64,000 nucleotides of DNA from an uncultured Candidatus Saccharibacteria bacterium (GTDB lineage: Bacteria; Patescibacteriota; Minisyncoccia; UBA6257; XYB1-36-10). The notes below the pieces were generated by a model. It was not told the origin of the DNA and searched no databases. It saw nothing but the letters and a program-made list of their open reading frames with translations. The translations under genes and the position numbers were made by a program. Positions 7,889 to 17,140 of the stretch are shown here, piece by piece. Position 1 is the first letter of the stretch, and each line of letters starts with the position of its first letter. The stretch covers positions 911-64,910 of the forward strand of contig CAYIDJ010000002.1 of assembly GCA_964362215.1 (NCBI GenBank), written 5' to 3'.

Positions 7889-9820
7889 GTGATGAAAAGC
7901 AAACGGTTGTTGATAGTAATGCTGGTTATGGTAGCGGTGATAACACAATCAGCAGAGGAAGGGATTACGAGATTTGACCAGTGGCGTGCCAATATACAGT
8001 TGGGGGATATATTGTATGACCCTTACGGTTTTGGGATCGGAGATGATACAAAAACTGGCCATATAGGGATTTACGTTGGCAGTTTGGAATATGGGGGACG
8101 GAGATGGGACAATCAGGTGATTGAGTCGACATTAACGGGTGATGGTGTTTATTTTATTGGAATTGAGACGTGGGATCCGTGGCATGGCCAGCAGGAAGCC
8201 TGGATTTTGCGGCCGCTGGAAGTTGATCAGTCGCGGAAGGCGGCGGCAGTTAATTTTGTCAAGCGGCAAATAGGAAAACCGTACAACTTGAATTTTTTTA
8301 GGGCGCCGCGCACTTCAGTGAATAATGAAAGTTGGTATTGCAGTGAATTAGTGTGGGCGGCTTATTGGAATGAGGGCAGAGGCGTTAATCTGGTGACGGT
8401 AGACGTACCGGAACTTTTCAGATTAAATTCTCGTGTTTCGCCGCTCGATATTTACAACAGTAATCGGATTGAAGCGATTAGTTATTACGGTCCGCAGTAT
8501 CCTTTGTTGCCAGGAGCGTTACGGGTGCATAATGTTTCCCTACAGCGCAATTACGGTTCTATAGCCGAAGCGCTGATTGAGGCGGCAACCGGCAATATCA
8601 TTTTTCTTGACGCTGGCAGTTATCTAGAAAGAGTGGTGGTGGAGACGCCGGGGATAAAATTTTATGCGCGGCCAACTGGTTTCAAAACCTATGCCGATAT
8701 TTATAAGAGGAACAGTGTTTGGGACACGATTCAGCAGATTTTTAGGATAGATAAAGACACTTTGACGGTTAAAGCGCCGGGGGCGAGTTTTTATGGAATA
8801 GTATTGCGCGGTTCGGCACACGGCGAGGATGACGGTGGCTTATTTGTGGACACGGGCGCCAATCGGACGACGGCGCGCAATTGTATATCTTTTGGAAACT
8901 CGGTGGGGTTGAAAATACGGTCTTCGTCAAATAATTATTTTTCCAGATTTGTCATGGATAACAATGAGCGTGGTTTCGGATGGGTTGCTTCTTTCGGTAA
9001 TACATTAATGATGTCGTCGGTTGCGGGGAGTAGTGATATCTCTGTTTTTACCGAGGATACCAGCTCCTGCCCGTCGGTGGTTTTAGCGGAACAGACCAGT
9101 AGCGGAACGTGGTTATCTAAAGCCAGAGTTTTCCGCGATAATTTGGCAAGCGAGAAGGCAATTCGACTCTACTACGAATTAGGACCGGGGCTGACGGAGT
9201 TTGTGCCACACGCCGAATGGGCATTGCCTACGGCGCGACGTTTAGCAGAACTGACGTTGAATTTAGACAGCCGCGACGGTTTGAAAAAAGTTTTAGTGGA
9301 GCGGCGGGATGTGGAATTGGCAAAGTTGATAGTAGCCGATTTGAAACGAGCGCCAGTTGAACAGGAAATATTATCTGAACTTAAGGAAATAATAGATAAA
9401 CTGGAAGATGGAGTAGGCCATTCAATATATTCTTGGCTTGAGGAGAATGGTTTATTGAGAGATGGGAACGGCGAGACGGAAAAGCTAAACGAGCGTCCGG
9501 TTTCTTATATTTATCTCAATGACTTCGGCGGAAATGACTATATTGGTCAGTCGGATTATTCGGATGGATTGATTGTGTGGAATTCGCCGCGGGAGTTGAA
9601 TTACATTTTTTCTGGACGCCGGCAGCGCGGTTATCTGGGAAATTATTGGGGGGGAGATGTTTCTTACTGGACAGACAGGAATGGAAACGGCGTGGCGGAT
9701 ACGGTGTTCAGCGACGACCGTTATCCTTTAGTAGCACCAGTTGCCAATTATTTTCCTCAATCTTCAAATAAGGATGTGGAGAATACGGAAACTGCTGTGA
9801 TGGGATGGGATATATATTAA
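7889..9820 (+). CDS. Secreted protein: YiiX/C92-type permuted papain-like domain + right-handed beta-helix (PbH1-like) region
   Basis: Signal peptide MMKSKRLLIVMLVMVAVITQSA. 'GHIGIYVG...VIEST...GKPYNLNF...SWYCSELVWAAY' matches the permuted NlpC/P60-C92 order. 'ARNCISFGNSVGLKIRSSSNNYFSRFVMDNNERGFG' is beta-helix-repeat-like. Confidence 0.65.
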   Translation: MMKSKRLLIVMLVMVAVITQSAEEGITRFDQWRANIQLGDILYDPYGFGIGDDTKTGHIGIYVGSLEYGGRRWDNQVIESTLTGDGVYFIGIETWDPWHGQQEAWILRPLEVDQSRKAAAVNFVKRQIGKPYNLNFFRAPRTSVNNESWYCSELVWAAYWNEGRGVNLVTVDVPELFRLNSRVSPLDIYNSNRIEAISYYGPQYPLLPGALRVHNVSLQRNYGSIAEALIEAATGNIIFLDAGSYLERVVVETPGIKFYARPTGFKTYADIYKRNSVWDTIQQIFRIDKDTLTVKAPGASFYGIVLRGSAHGEDDGGLFVDTGANRTTARNCISFGNSVGLKIRSSSNNYFSRFVMDNNERGFGWVASFGNTLMMSSVAGSSDISVFTEDTSSCPSVVLAEQTSSGTWLSKARVFRDNLASEKAIRLYYELGPGLTEFVPHAEWALPTARRLAELTLNLDSRDGLKKVLVERRDVELAKLIVADLKRAPVEQEILSELKEIIDKLEDGVGHSIYSWLEENGLLRDGNGETEKLNERPVSYIYLNDFGGNDYIGQSDYSDGLIVWNSPRELNYIFSGRRQRGYLGNYWGGDVSYWTDRNGNGVADTVFSDDRYPLVAPVANYFPQSSNKDVENTETAVMGWDIY

Positions 9821-9966
9821 TTTTTTTTAAATTTAGAATATTTTTTTGAACTGGGTATAAGTGCCCAGTTTTATTTTGGCGTGTTTGGTATAATTAAATT
9901 ACTAATTTTTAATTAAAGTAGCCCTTCGATAAACTCAGGGACTATTACGACTTTTTTTAACAGTTT

Positions 9967-11664
9967 GTGACGGATGTTTTTTTACAACTGGGGGTGGTAA
10001 TGGGCATCGCGGTAGCGGTGTCGTGTCTGGCGCGATGGTTGCGCCAGCCGATGCTGGTGGGTTATATCGCGACGGGACTTATTATCAGTATCGGCCTGGC
10101 AAACTGGGTTGATTTTGCGTCCATTGAGTCGTTCGCGCGTTTGGGAGTGGCGTTACTTTTGTTTATGGTGGGGATGGGGATAGCACCACACTTGGTTTAC
10201 GAGATGGGGCCGGTGGCGGCAGCGGTAGGTCTGGGGCAAATTGTTTTTACGGCGGTGATAGGTTATGGAATCGCGATGTTGTTGGGGTTTGCCAGTGTTA
10301 CGGCCCTGTATCTGGCAGTGGCATTTACTTTTTCCAGCACGATTATAATCGTACAGCTTCTGCATGAGCGGGGAGACACGGAAAAACTTTACGGAAGGAT
10401 AGTGATAGGAATGTTATTGGTGCAGGACTTGGTGGCAATGGTGATACTGCTTGGCATTTCTTTATTCCAACAGGCGGGCGGGGTGGCGGCGGGGTGGGAC
10501 AGTTTCACAAGTTTGCTGGTTTTTAATTTTGCCGCTGGCGCGCTTTTGGTTTATTTATTGGGGGTGTTCGTATTGCCGCGGGTGGATAAGTTTTTTGTCA
10601 AGAGCAGCGAGTCATTGCTTGTTTTTTCGCTGACAGTTTGTTTCGGGGTGATAGTGGCATTTAAATACTTGGGATTTCCGCCGGAAGTGGGAGCGTTGTT
10701 GGCGGGGGTGATGATGGCTTCCTCGCCGCACCAGCGTGAAATAGCGGCCAGGATAAAACCGCTGCGCGACTTTTTCCTGATTATGTTTTTCGTGATGCTG
10801 GGATTCACGCTGGAACCGTCGGCTTTAGCGGGGAATTGGTGGCCGGCGGCGGTATTTTCACTTTTTATAATTGTCGGCAATCCGCTGATTGTGATGACGG
10901 TAATGAAGGTGATGGGTTATTCGCTACGGACAATGTTTTACGCGGGGCTGACGGCGGCGCAGATAAGCGAATTTTCACTGATACTTTTAGTATTGGGAGT
11001 GTCGCTGGGACACATTCCGGCGGCGGTAGCGGCGCTGGGAACACTGGTGGGATTAGTAACAATCGCGGCCTCATCTTATATGATTACTTACGCGGACGGG
11101 CTGTACCGATATTTGCGTCCGTATTTGGAAGTTTTCAGCGACGGGCGGGCGCACCCGGAAGATAAGGAAAAAGGAGAGGAGTATGAGGTGTTTGTTTTTG
11201 GCGCGCATCGATTGGGGGGCGGGGTGATTGCTTCTTTGAAGCGCAAGAAGGTTAAATTTTTAGTGGTGGATTACGACCCGATAATTGTGGCGGAACTTAA
11301 AGCCAGGCGGGTGCTGGCGGTGTTCGGCGACGCGGGAGAACCGGATTTTCTGGAGGAATTAAAACTGAAGAGCGCGAAGATGATCATATCTTCCATTCCA
11401 GAGGCGGAGACGGCGATAAATATTATGAATTATTTGAAAAAGATACATTCGCGAGCGGTTTTTGTGACGGTGGCCGGTGCGGTTAGCGAAGCAGAAAAAC
11501 TTTATGAAGCGGGGACGCATTTTGTGATTATGCCGCATTATTTAGGTAGACGTTATTTAGTGGAGATGCTGGAGCGGCACGGGTTTGACAAGAAAAAGTA
11601 TAACCGGGAGCGAAGCAGGCATCAGCGAGAGTTGGTTTTAGCGGGGCAAGAGAAAACTCTTTAA
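9967..11664 (+). CDS. Cation:proton antiporter (CPA2, Kef-type) with C-terminal RCK/TrkA-N domain
   Basis: 565 aa with about 12 hydrophobic segments. The C-terminal 'VFVFGAHRLGGGVIASLKRKKVKFLVVDYDP' is a Rossmann GxGxxG-like TrkA-N motif. Confidence 0.8.
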   Translation: MTDVFLQLGVVMGIAVAVSCLARWLRQPMLVGYIATGLIISIGLANWVDFASIESFARLGVALLLFMVGMGIAPHLVYEMGPVAAAVGLGQIVFTAVIGYGIAMLLGFASVTALYLAVAFTFSSTIIIVQLLHERGDTEKLYGRIVIGMLLVQDLVAMVILLGISLFQQAGGVAAGWDSFTSLLVFNFAAGALLVYLLGVFVLPRVDKFFVKSSESLLVFSLTVCFGVIVAFKYLGFPPEVGALLAGVMMASSPHQREIAARIKPLRDFFLIMFFVMLGFTLEPSALAGNWWPAAVFSLFIIVGNPLIVMTVMKVMGYSLRTMFYAGLTAAQISEFSLILLVLGVSLGHIPAAVAALGTLVGLVTIAASSYMITYADGLYRYLRPYLEVFSDGRAHPEDKEKGEEYEVFVFGAHRLGGGVIASLKRKKVKFLVVDYDPIIVAELKARRVLAVFGDAGEPDFLEELKLKSAKMIISSIPEAETAINIMNYLKKIHSRAVFVTVAGAVSEAEKLYEAGTHFVIMPHYLGRRYLVEMLERHGFDKKKYNRERSRHQRELVLAGQEKTL

Positions 11665-11676
11665 GTTTGGGCGGAG

Positions 11677-12450
11677 GTGAGTTATACTCCGTGGGTTATG
11701 TCGCAGTATTATAAACCGAACCGAAATCCGGAGTGGAATTACGGGGGGCGGAACTGGAAATTGTCGCGGAGCAAGATTGATTTGTTTAAGGAGTGCCCGC
11801 GCTGTTTTTATATTGATAATAAGTTGGGGGTGGCGCGGCCGCCGGGGTATCCGTTTTCGCTGAACGCGGCGGTGGATGCTTTGTTAAAAAAAGAATTTGA
11901 TATTCATCGGGCGGCGGGAACAACGCATCCTTTGATGAAAGCGTACGGGATTGAGGCGGTGCCTTTTCGGCATTCTAAAATGAATGAGTGGCGAGATTCG
12001 CTAAGGGCGGGGGTGCAATTTTATCATGAGCCGACCGGTTTGCCGGTGAAGGGAGGAGTAGACGATATTTGGATGGGGCGGGACGGGAAGCTTTTTGTGG
12101 TTGATTATAAGGCGACGAGTAAGGAAGGGGAAGTTAATTTAGACGCGGCGTGGCAGGACGGGTATAAGCGGCAGATGGAAGTTTATCAGTGGCTGTTGCG
12201 GCACAACAGTTTTGTGGTTTCGGATACGGGATATTTTGTTTATGCTAACGGGCGGACGGACAGAGAAGCATTTGACGGGAAACTGGAGTTTGATGTAAAA
12301 GTAATTCCATACACCGGAGACGACGGATGGGTGGAGCCGACACTTTTTAAGATAAAAGAATGTCTGGAGGAGAAGGAAATACCGGCGGCGGGGGCGGATT
12401 GCGATTATTGCCGGTATAGGGGGGCGGTGGAGAAAGTTCAAAGTTTATAG
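11677..12450 (+). CDS. PD-(D/E)XK nuclease, Cas4/RecB-like with Cys cluster
   Basis: 'CPRCFY' near the N-term and 'CDYCRY' at the C-term (4-Cys pattern). 'GGVDDIW...LFVVDYKATSK' is D...D/ExK. 'QMEVYQWL' is a QxxxY motif. No CRISPR or cas genes nearby. Confidence 0.65.
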   Translation: MSYTPWVMSQYYKPNRNPEWNYGGRNWKLSRSKIDLFKECPRCFYIDNKLGVARPPGYPFSLNAAVDALLKKEFDIHRAAGTTHPLMKAYGIEAVPFRHSKMNEWRDSLRAGVQFYHEPTGLPVKGGVDDIWMGRDGKLFVVDYKATSKEGEVNLDAAWQDGYKRQMEVYQWLLRHNSFVVSDTGYFVYANGRTDREAFDGKLEFDVKVIPYTGDDGWVEPTLFKIKECLEEKEIPAAGADCDYCRYRGAVEKVQSL

Positions 12451-12487
12451 AGTACGTAAAATAAAAAGCAAATAGCGAATCTCGGGA

Positions 12488-12542
12488 CTGGATTCCTCTG
12501 CCATTCGTCAGTTGGCGGAGGCGGAGGCGGACGGGAATGACA
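12488..12542. repeat. REP-like hairpin with nested GGCGGAGGCGG-type insert
   Basis: ctggattcc...acgggaatgaca arms enclose tctgccattcgtcagttggcggaggcggaggcgg, which is related to the hairpin at 31628-31658. Confidence 0.7.
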
Positions 12543-12576
12543 AGGCGGGAAGGGAATGATAGGATAAAATTTAAAT

Positions 12577-14115
12577 ATGACTGGCGGGGAGAGAAAAGGA
12601 AAAAAATTTTGGCGGAAGAAGAGATATATCGCGGCGGGAGCGGCAGTTTTAATAATCGCGGTTGTTTGGTGGGGGTGGGGTGGGGGGAGCGAGGGAAGAT
12701 ATGACACAGCGGCGGCGGCAAAGGGAGAGGTAGTACAGATAGTATCGGCTACCGGCAAAGTGATGGCAGTGGAAGACGTGGATTTGTCTTTTCAGGCGGG
12801 AGGAAGAGTAGGAGCGGTGTATGCGAATGTGGGTGATTATGTTTTAGCGGGACAGGTTTTGGCGCAGATTGACGATGCCGATATTAGAGCGCAGATAAGG
12901 GAGGCGCAGGCGAATGTGGCGGCGCAGGAGGCAAAACTTAGCCAGTCAAAGCGCGGGACAAGACCGGAGGAGATAGAGATAGCGGAAAACGATTTGACGA
13001 ACGCTTATCTGCCGGCGCCGGACATTATGAACGACGCGCGTATTAAGGCGGAGGACGCTCTTTTTAAGCAGGTAGACCCGATTTTTGACAACGATAATAC
13101 CTCTCCCACTCTGACTTTTACGGTTACGGACACGCAAGTTAAGAGCGACGCGGAATCTTGGCGCAATAAAATGACAGCTGAGCTTAACGGGTTGAGAGAT
13201 GATATTGATGGCGCGAAAGCAACGGAAACAGGCAGTTTAGATACGGCGCTGGTTTCGGTTAAGAAGAGATTAGCGGCGTTTGAAGATTTTTTGGCGTTGG
13301 CGTTAAGAGCGGTTAATTTATCGGTGGGGCTAACGGCGAGCGACGAGGCGGCTTACAAAGCGAATGTGAATACAGCGCGGGCGAATATAAATACAGCGAT
13401 TGACTCGGTAACGGCTCAACAAAAAATAATTGCCAGTGCCAAGAGCGCGTTGGCGTTGGAGCGGGCGGGGACGACGGCAGAGGATATCGTTTACCAGGAG
13501 GCGCAGGTGGAGCAGGCGCGGGCGAAGGTGGAGAGTTTGGAAGCGCAGATGACAAGGACGCGTCTGATAACGCCGATAAGCGGGGTGGTGGCGGCGCGGA
13601 CGATAGAAAGAGGAGAATATGCCGGAGCGGGGACGGACGCGTTTACAGTTATCAGTAGTTCTCGGTTTAAAGTGGAAAGCAACATTCCGGAGGCGGACAT
13701 CGCAAAAGTTAAGGCGGGAGACAAGGCGGAGGTGACATTGGACGCCTATACGAGCGACGATAAGTTCGCGGCGGGAGTGACAAAAATTGACCCGGCGGAG
13801 ACGGTCATTGAGGGAGTGTCAACTTACAAAATAACTTTGATTTTTAAAGAGAGAGACGAGCGGATTAAGCCGGGAATGACGGCTAATATTGAAATTAAGA
13901 CGGAAAAGCGGGAGGGAGTGCTGTTCGTGCCTTTGCGCGCCGTTATTAAAGAAGACGGGACAAGTTATGTGCGCATTAAGCCGCTTTCAGAAAAAATGGA
14001 GCCGGAGAAGCGCATAATTGGCGTGGGACTGCGCGGTTCGGACGGAAAGGCGGAGGTAACCTCGGGACTGGAGGAGGGAGAAGAGGTGATTGTTTTTGAC
14101 CGGCTGGCGCTTTAA
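12577..14115 (+). CDS. Efflux membrane-fusion (periplasmic adaptor) protein, HlyD/MacA family
   Basis: 512 aa with an N-terminal TM, a lipoyl-like 'GDYVLAGQVLAQID', a long coiled-coil, and 'ITPISGVVAARTIERGEY'. It heads an operon with the ABC ATPase and permease. Confidence 0.8.
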   Translation: MTGGERKGKKFWRKKRYIAAGAAVLIIAVVWWGWGGGSEGRYDTAAAAKGEVVQIVSATGKVMAVEDVDLSFQAGGRVGAVYANVGDYVLAGQVLAQIDDADIRAQIREAQANVAAQEAKLSQSKRGTRPEEIEIAENDLTNAYLPAPDIMNDARIKAEDALFKQVDPIFDNDNTSPTLTFTVTDTQVKSDAESWRNKMTAELNGLRDDIDGAKATETGSLDTALVSVKKRLAAFEDFLALALRAVNLSVGLTASDEAAYKANVNTARANINTAIDSVTAQQKIIASAKSALALERAGTTAEDIVYQEAQVEQARAKVESLEAQMTRTRLITPISGVVAARTIERGEYAGAGTDAFTVISSSRFKVESNIPEADIAKVKAGDKAEVTLDAYTSDDKFAAGVTKIDPAETVIEGVSTYKITLIFKERDERIKPGMTANIEIKTEKREGVLFVPLRAVIKEDGTSYVRIKPLSEKMEPEKRIIGVGLRGSDGKAEVTSGLEEGEEVIVFDRLAL

Positions 14116-14129
14116 GACCCTGTAATTTT

Positions 14130-14858
14130 ATGGCGCTAATAGAAGCAAAGAGGGTAGGAATGGTTTACGGCGAGGATGAGCCGGATTCCGCGCGGACGGT
14201 GGCACTTTGTGATATTGACTTAACGATAGAGAAAGGAGAATTTGTGGCTATTATGGGGCCGTCGGGGTCGGGGAAGTCAACCTTGCTTCATATTTTGGGA
14301 TTTTTGGACCGCAATACTTCCGGCGAGTACAGGTTCAACGACAAACTAATGGATGAGCTTGATGACAATGAATTGGCGCGAGTGCGGGGAAGAGAGATGG
14401 GTTTTGTTTTCCAATTTTTTAATTTGTTGCCGCGAATGAGTGTTTTAGATAATGTGATGTTACCGCTTATGTATTCAGATATGGCCGAACGGGAAGCGAC
14501 GGAGAGGGCGCGGGAGGCAATTGAGGCGGTGGGATTGACACACAGAATAGAGCATGAGCCATCGGAATTGTCGGGAGGAGAAAAACAAAGAGTGGCGATA
14601 GCGCGGGCGCTGATAAACGACCCGCTGGTTATTTTTGCCGATGAGCCGACTGGAAATTTGGACTCCAAGTCGGGGCAGGCAGTGATGGAGATTTTACGCG
14701 ATTTGAATAATGAGGGGAAAACGGTCTTGCTGATTACTCACGAGGAATATACGGCGCGGCACGCGGAGCGCATTATTCATATCCGCGACGGGCAGATTGA
14801 GAAGGAGAAGAGAGTGGATGGAGGGCAGAGAGCGGCGAGGGATGTTTTTAGGAAATAA
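14130..14858 (+). CDS. ABC transporter ATP-binding protein (MacB/LolD-type)
   Basis: Walker A GPSGSGKST, Q-loop, signature LSGGEKQRVAIARAL, Walker B VIFADEPTGNLD. Confidence 0.9.
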   Translation: MALIEAKRVGMVYGEDEPDSARTVALCDIDLTIEKGEFVAIMGPSGSGKSTLLHILGFLDRNTSGEYRFNDKLMDELDDNELARVRGREMGFVFQFFNLLPRMSVLDNVMLPLMYSDMAEREATERAREAIEAVGLTHRIEHEPSELSGGEKQRVAIARALINDPLVIFADEPTGNLDSKSGQAVMEILRDLNNEGKTVLLITHEEYTARHAERIIHIRDGQIEKEKRVDGGQRAARDVFRK

Positions 14859-14913
14859 ATCATACTAAAGATAATTTTCAATTATCAATTATCAATTTTC
14901 AGTTATTGAAGAT

Positions 14914-16167
14914 ATGACTTTAAGGAGAATAATAAAAACATCACTGACGGGACTACAGACGAACCGGGGGCGGGCGGCGTTGACTATTTTGGGCATAGTG
15001 ATAGGAATCACGGCGATTATTATCGTGATGGCAGTGGGGCAGTCGGCGCAGAAACTAATTTTAGACCAGATTCAGGGTTTGGGTTCAAAGACGATAGCAA
15101 TTGTGCCCGGTAAACAGCCGGAGGGGCCGTCGGACGCGGCTAATGTGTTTTTAGATTCGCTGAAAGAGCGGGACGTGGAGAGTTTAAACAATAAGGGAAA
15201 TGTGCCTTACGCGGATTCGGTAATGCCGGTAGTGTTCGGAACGGCGCGGACGGGGTATGAGGAGGAGACATATCAGGCGACCGTTTTGGGACTGGGAAGC
15301 GCGACGGAAGATAATATAATAAGTAAGGTTTTTAGCATTGAGACGGATAAGGGAGATATGTTTTCCGCTGATGACGTTAGGTCCAGAACAAGCGTGGTGG
15401 TTATCGGCAGCAAGGTAAAAGAAAAGTTGTTTGGTTTGTCGGACGCGGTAGGAGAAAAAGTAAAAATAAACGGGCGGAATTTTCGGGTGGTGGGAACGTT
15501 GCCATCCAAGGGACAGGTATCGTTTTTCAATTTTGACGAGATGGTGCTAGCGCCATATACGACTGTTCAGCAGTATATTTTGGGGAGAAAATATTTTGAC
15601 CGGGTAATAGTGGTGGCGGGAAACGAGGCGTCAATAGAGCGGACAGTGAATGATATAGAGATTGTTTTGCGCAATAATCATGGCATTACAGACCCCGATA
15701 AAGATGACTTTTTTGTGGAGACGCAGGCGGACTTATTGGACAGAGTATCATCAGTAACGACGATTTTGACGATACTGCTGGCGGCGATCGCGGCAGTGTC
15801 GTTATTGGTGGGCGGGGTGGGAATAATGAATATCATGTTCGTGTCGGTGACGGAGCGGACAAAAGAGATAGGGCTGCGCAAAGCGGTGGGAGCGACGAAC
15901 GCGGACATAATGAAACAGTTTTTGTTTGAGGCGGTGTGGCTGACGCTGATTGGAGGGGTGGTGGGGGTGATTTTAGGAAGCGGGTTGGCGGCAACAGCCA
16001 CTTGGGCGATTGCCGTTTTTTACAATATTGATTTTTCATTTTCGTTTCCGTGGACGGCGGCGGTAATGGGGATAGGAGTGGCGGCGGGAGTAGGACTTAT
16101 CTTCGGGATTTATCCGGCGCGGCAGGCGGCGAGGAAGAGCCCGATTGAGGCATTGAGGTATGAATAA
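14914..16167 (+). CDS. ABC transporter permease, MacB_PCD + FtsX domains
   Basis: 417 aa with an N-terminal TM, a large extracytoplasmic domain, and a C-terminal FtsX-like 3-TM bundle ('ERTKEIGLRKAVGA'). Confidence 0.85.
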   Translation: MTLRRIIKTSLTGLQTNRGRAALTILGIVIGITAIIIVMAVGQSAQKLILDQIQGLGSKTIAIVPGKQPEGPSDAANVFLDSLKERDVESLNNKGNVPYADSVMPVVFGTARTGYEEETYQATVLGLGSATEDNIISKVFSIETDKGDMFSADDVRSRTSVVVIGSKVKEKLFGLSDAVGEKVKINGRNFRVVGTLPSKGQVSFFNFDEMVLAPYTTVQQYILGRKYFDRVIVVAGNEASIERTVNDIEIVLRNNHGITDPDKDDFFVETQADLLDRVSSVTTILTILLAAIAAVSLLVGGVGIMNIMFVSVTERTKEIGLRKAVGATNADIMKQFLFEAVWLTLIGGVVGVILGSGLAATATWAIAVFYNIDFSFSFPWTAAVMGIGVAAGVGLIFGIYPARQAARKSPIEALRYE

Positions 16168-16173
16168 AGCTTG

Positions 16174-16368
16174 CCATACTAAAAAAATTTCTGGATGCTG
16201 GTAATGCGGCTCATAATATACTCTCGCTACCGTCCATCTCCCCAGCGAGGAGATGGACTACGCCTCGCCCTCGCTCGTCCCGACTAAAGTCGGGACACCG
16301 TGCCTGCTCGGGCTCGGATGCGCGCTCGAGTATATTATGAGCCGCATAGTGTATATTTTTTAGTGTGG
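16174..16368. repeat. Nested palindromic element, family B copy 1
   Basis: Outer arms atgcggctcataatatactc (16204-16223) and gagtatattatgagccgcat (16328-16347). Inner hairpins are gtccatctcc/ggagatggac and gtcccgac/gtcgggac. Homologous to 63101-63258. Confidence 0.85.
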
Positions 16369-16463
16369 ACTCGTGGGGGTTAGTGGAGAGAGTCCATGGC
16401 GGTCTCGGAAGGAAGCTTTTTCTTTACGAGTGATGTTTAGGGGAAGTTTTGATATATACTTGT

Positions 16464-16570
16464 ATAGAAGTCGCTAATGGCAATGGGGAGAATAAACCAC
16501 TCTTTTCTTTCCTACTTTAGGGGAGAGGTTGGATAATAAGGTAGTCCCGAATTACTCGGGACTTTTATTA
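16464..16570 (+). repeat. Family-A right-arm fragment + conserved 3-prime module
   Basis: atagaagtcgctaatggcaatggggagaataaa (compare 22764-22795), then gggagaggttggataataaggtagtcccga-attac-tcgggacttttatta. Confidence 0.7.
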
Positions 16571-16616
16571 TATAAAGAATAATTTAAGAGAAGTAGATGA
16601 AAAAAAGAAAAGCCGC

Positions 16617-16943
16617 TCAGGAGTGAGTGGCTTGAGATAAAGGGGAAGGTTTAACTTCAACAATTAGTTTATTGCCAGAGAAGTCCAGAATAGTGAAGTC
16701 ATAATTGTGCATAATAAAAGGTATAGTTACAAGCGGTGTGGAGCGGGATATTTCCTTGTGCCAGGCCATAGCGGCATAGTCAACAAGACAGTGCGGAGTG
16801 ACGAAGTTGATTTTTTTCAGGCTTTGGTAAAATTCATCCCGTTTTATGCCGGAAACGGTCTTCATTTCTCGCCATTGAAGATAAATTTCCAGTTCTCCCG
16901 AGCGCTGATTAATAAGAGACCAGTTGGCGGTTTTTCTTTTCAT
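16617..16943 (-). CDS. Small hypothetical protein, possible TnsA-N/PD-(D/E)XK-like nuclease fold
   Basis: Internal start MKRKTANW (GGAAAGGA SD) within ORF 16617-17168. 'RSGELEIYLQW' and the C-terminal 'YDFTILDFSGNKLIVEVKPS' resemble the S..E / D / EVK motifs of TnsA-type endonucleases. This is weak and from memory. Confidence 0.35.
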   Translation of the reverse strand: MKRKTANWSLINQRSGELEIYLQWREMKTVSGIKRDEFYQSLKKINFVTPHCLVDYAAMAWHKEISRSTPLVTIPFIMHNYDFTILDFSGNKLIVEVKPSPLSQATHS

Positions 16944-17140
16944 TTTTTCTATCCTTTCCGTTTTTAGTTTTTTATTTACTGGTTTTAATTTAGCGGGGTT
17001 GGGGTTGAGTGTCAAATTTGTGTGGGAGAAATGATGGAAGGAGGAGGGAATAGCGAAGGGAGAAGAAATTCCTCGCCCTACGGGCACTCCATGCAACAAA
17101 AGGGAGAATATGAATTTGTTGACGTGGTATAATCTAAATA

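Noticed and set aside
12577-16167. MacA-MacB-type tripartite efflux genes in a probably monoderm-like CPR cell, considered as an anomaly
   Set aside because: Adaptor + ABC ATPase + FtsX-permease operons are also common in Gram-positive bacteria (YknXYZ-type). The arrangement is ordinary.
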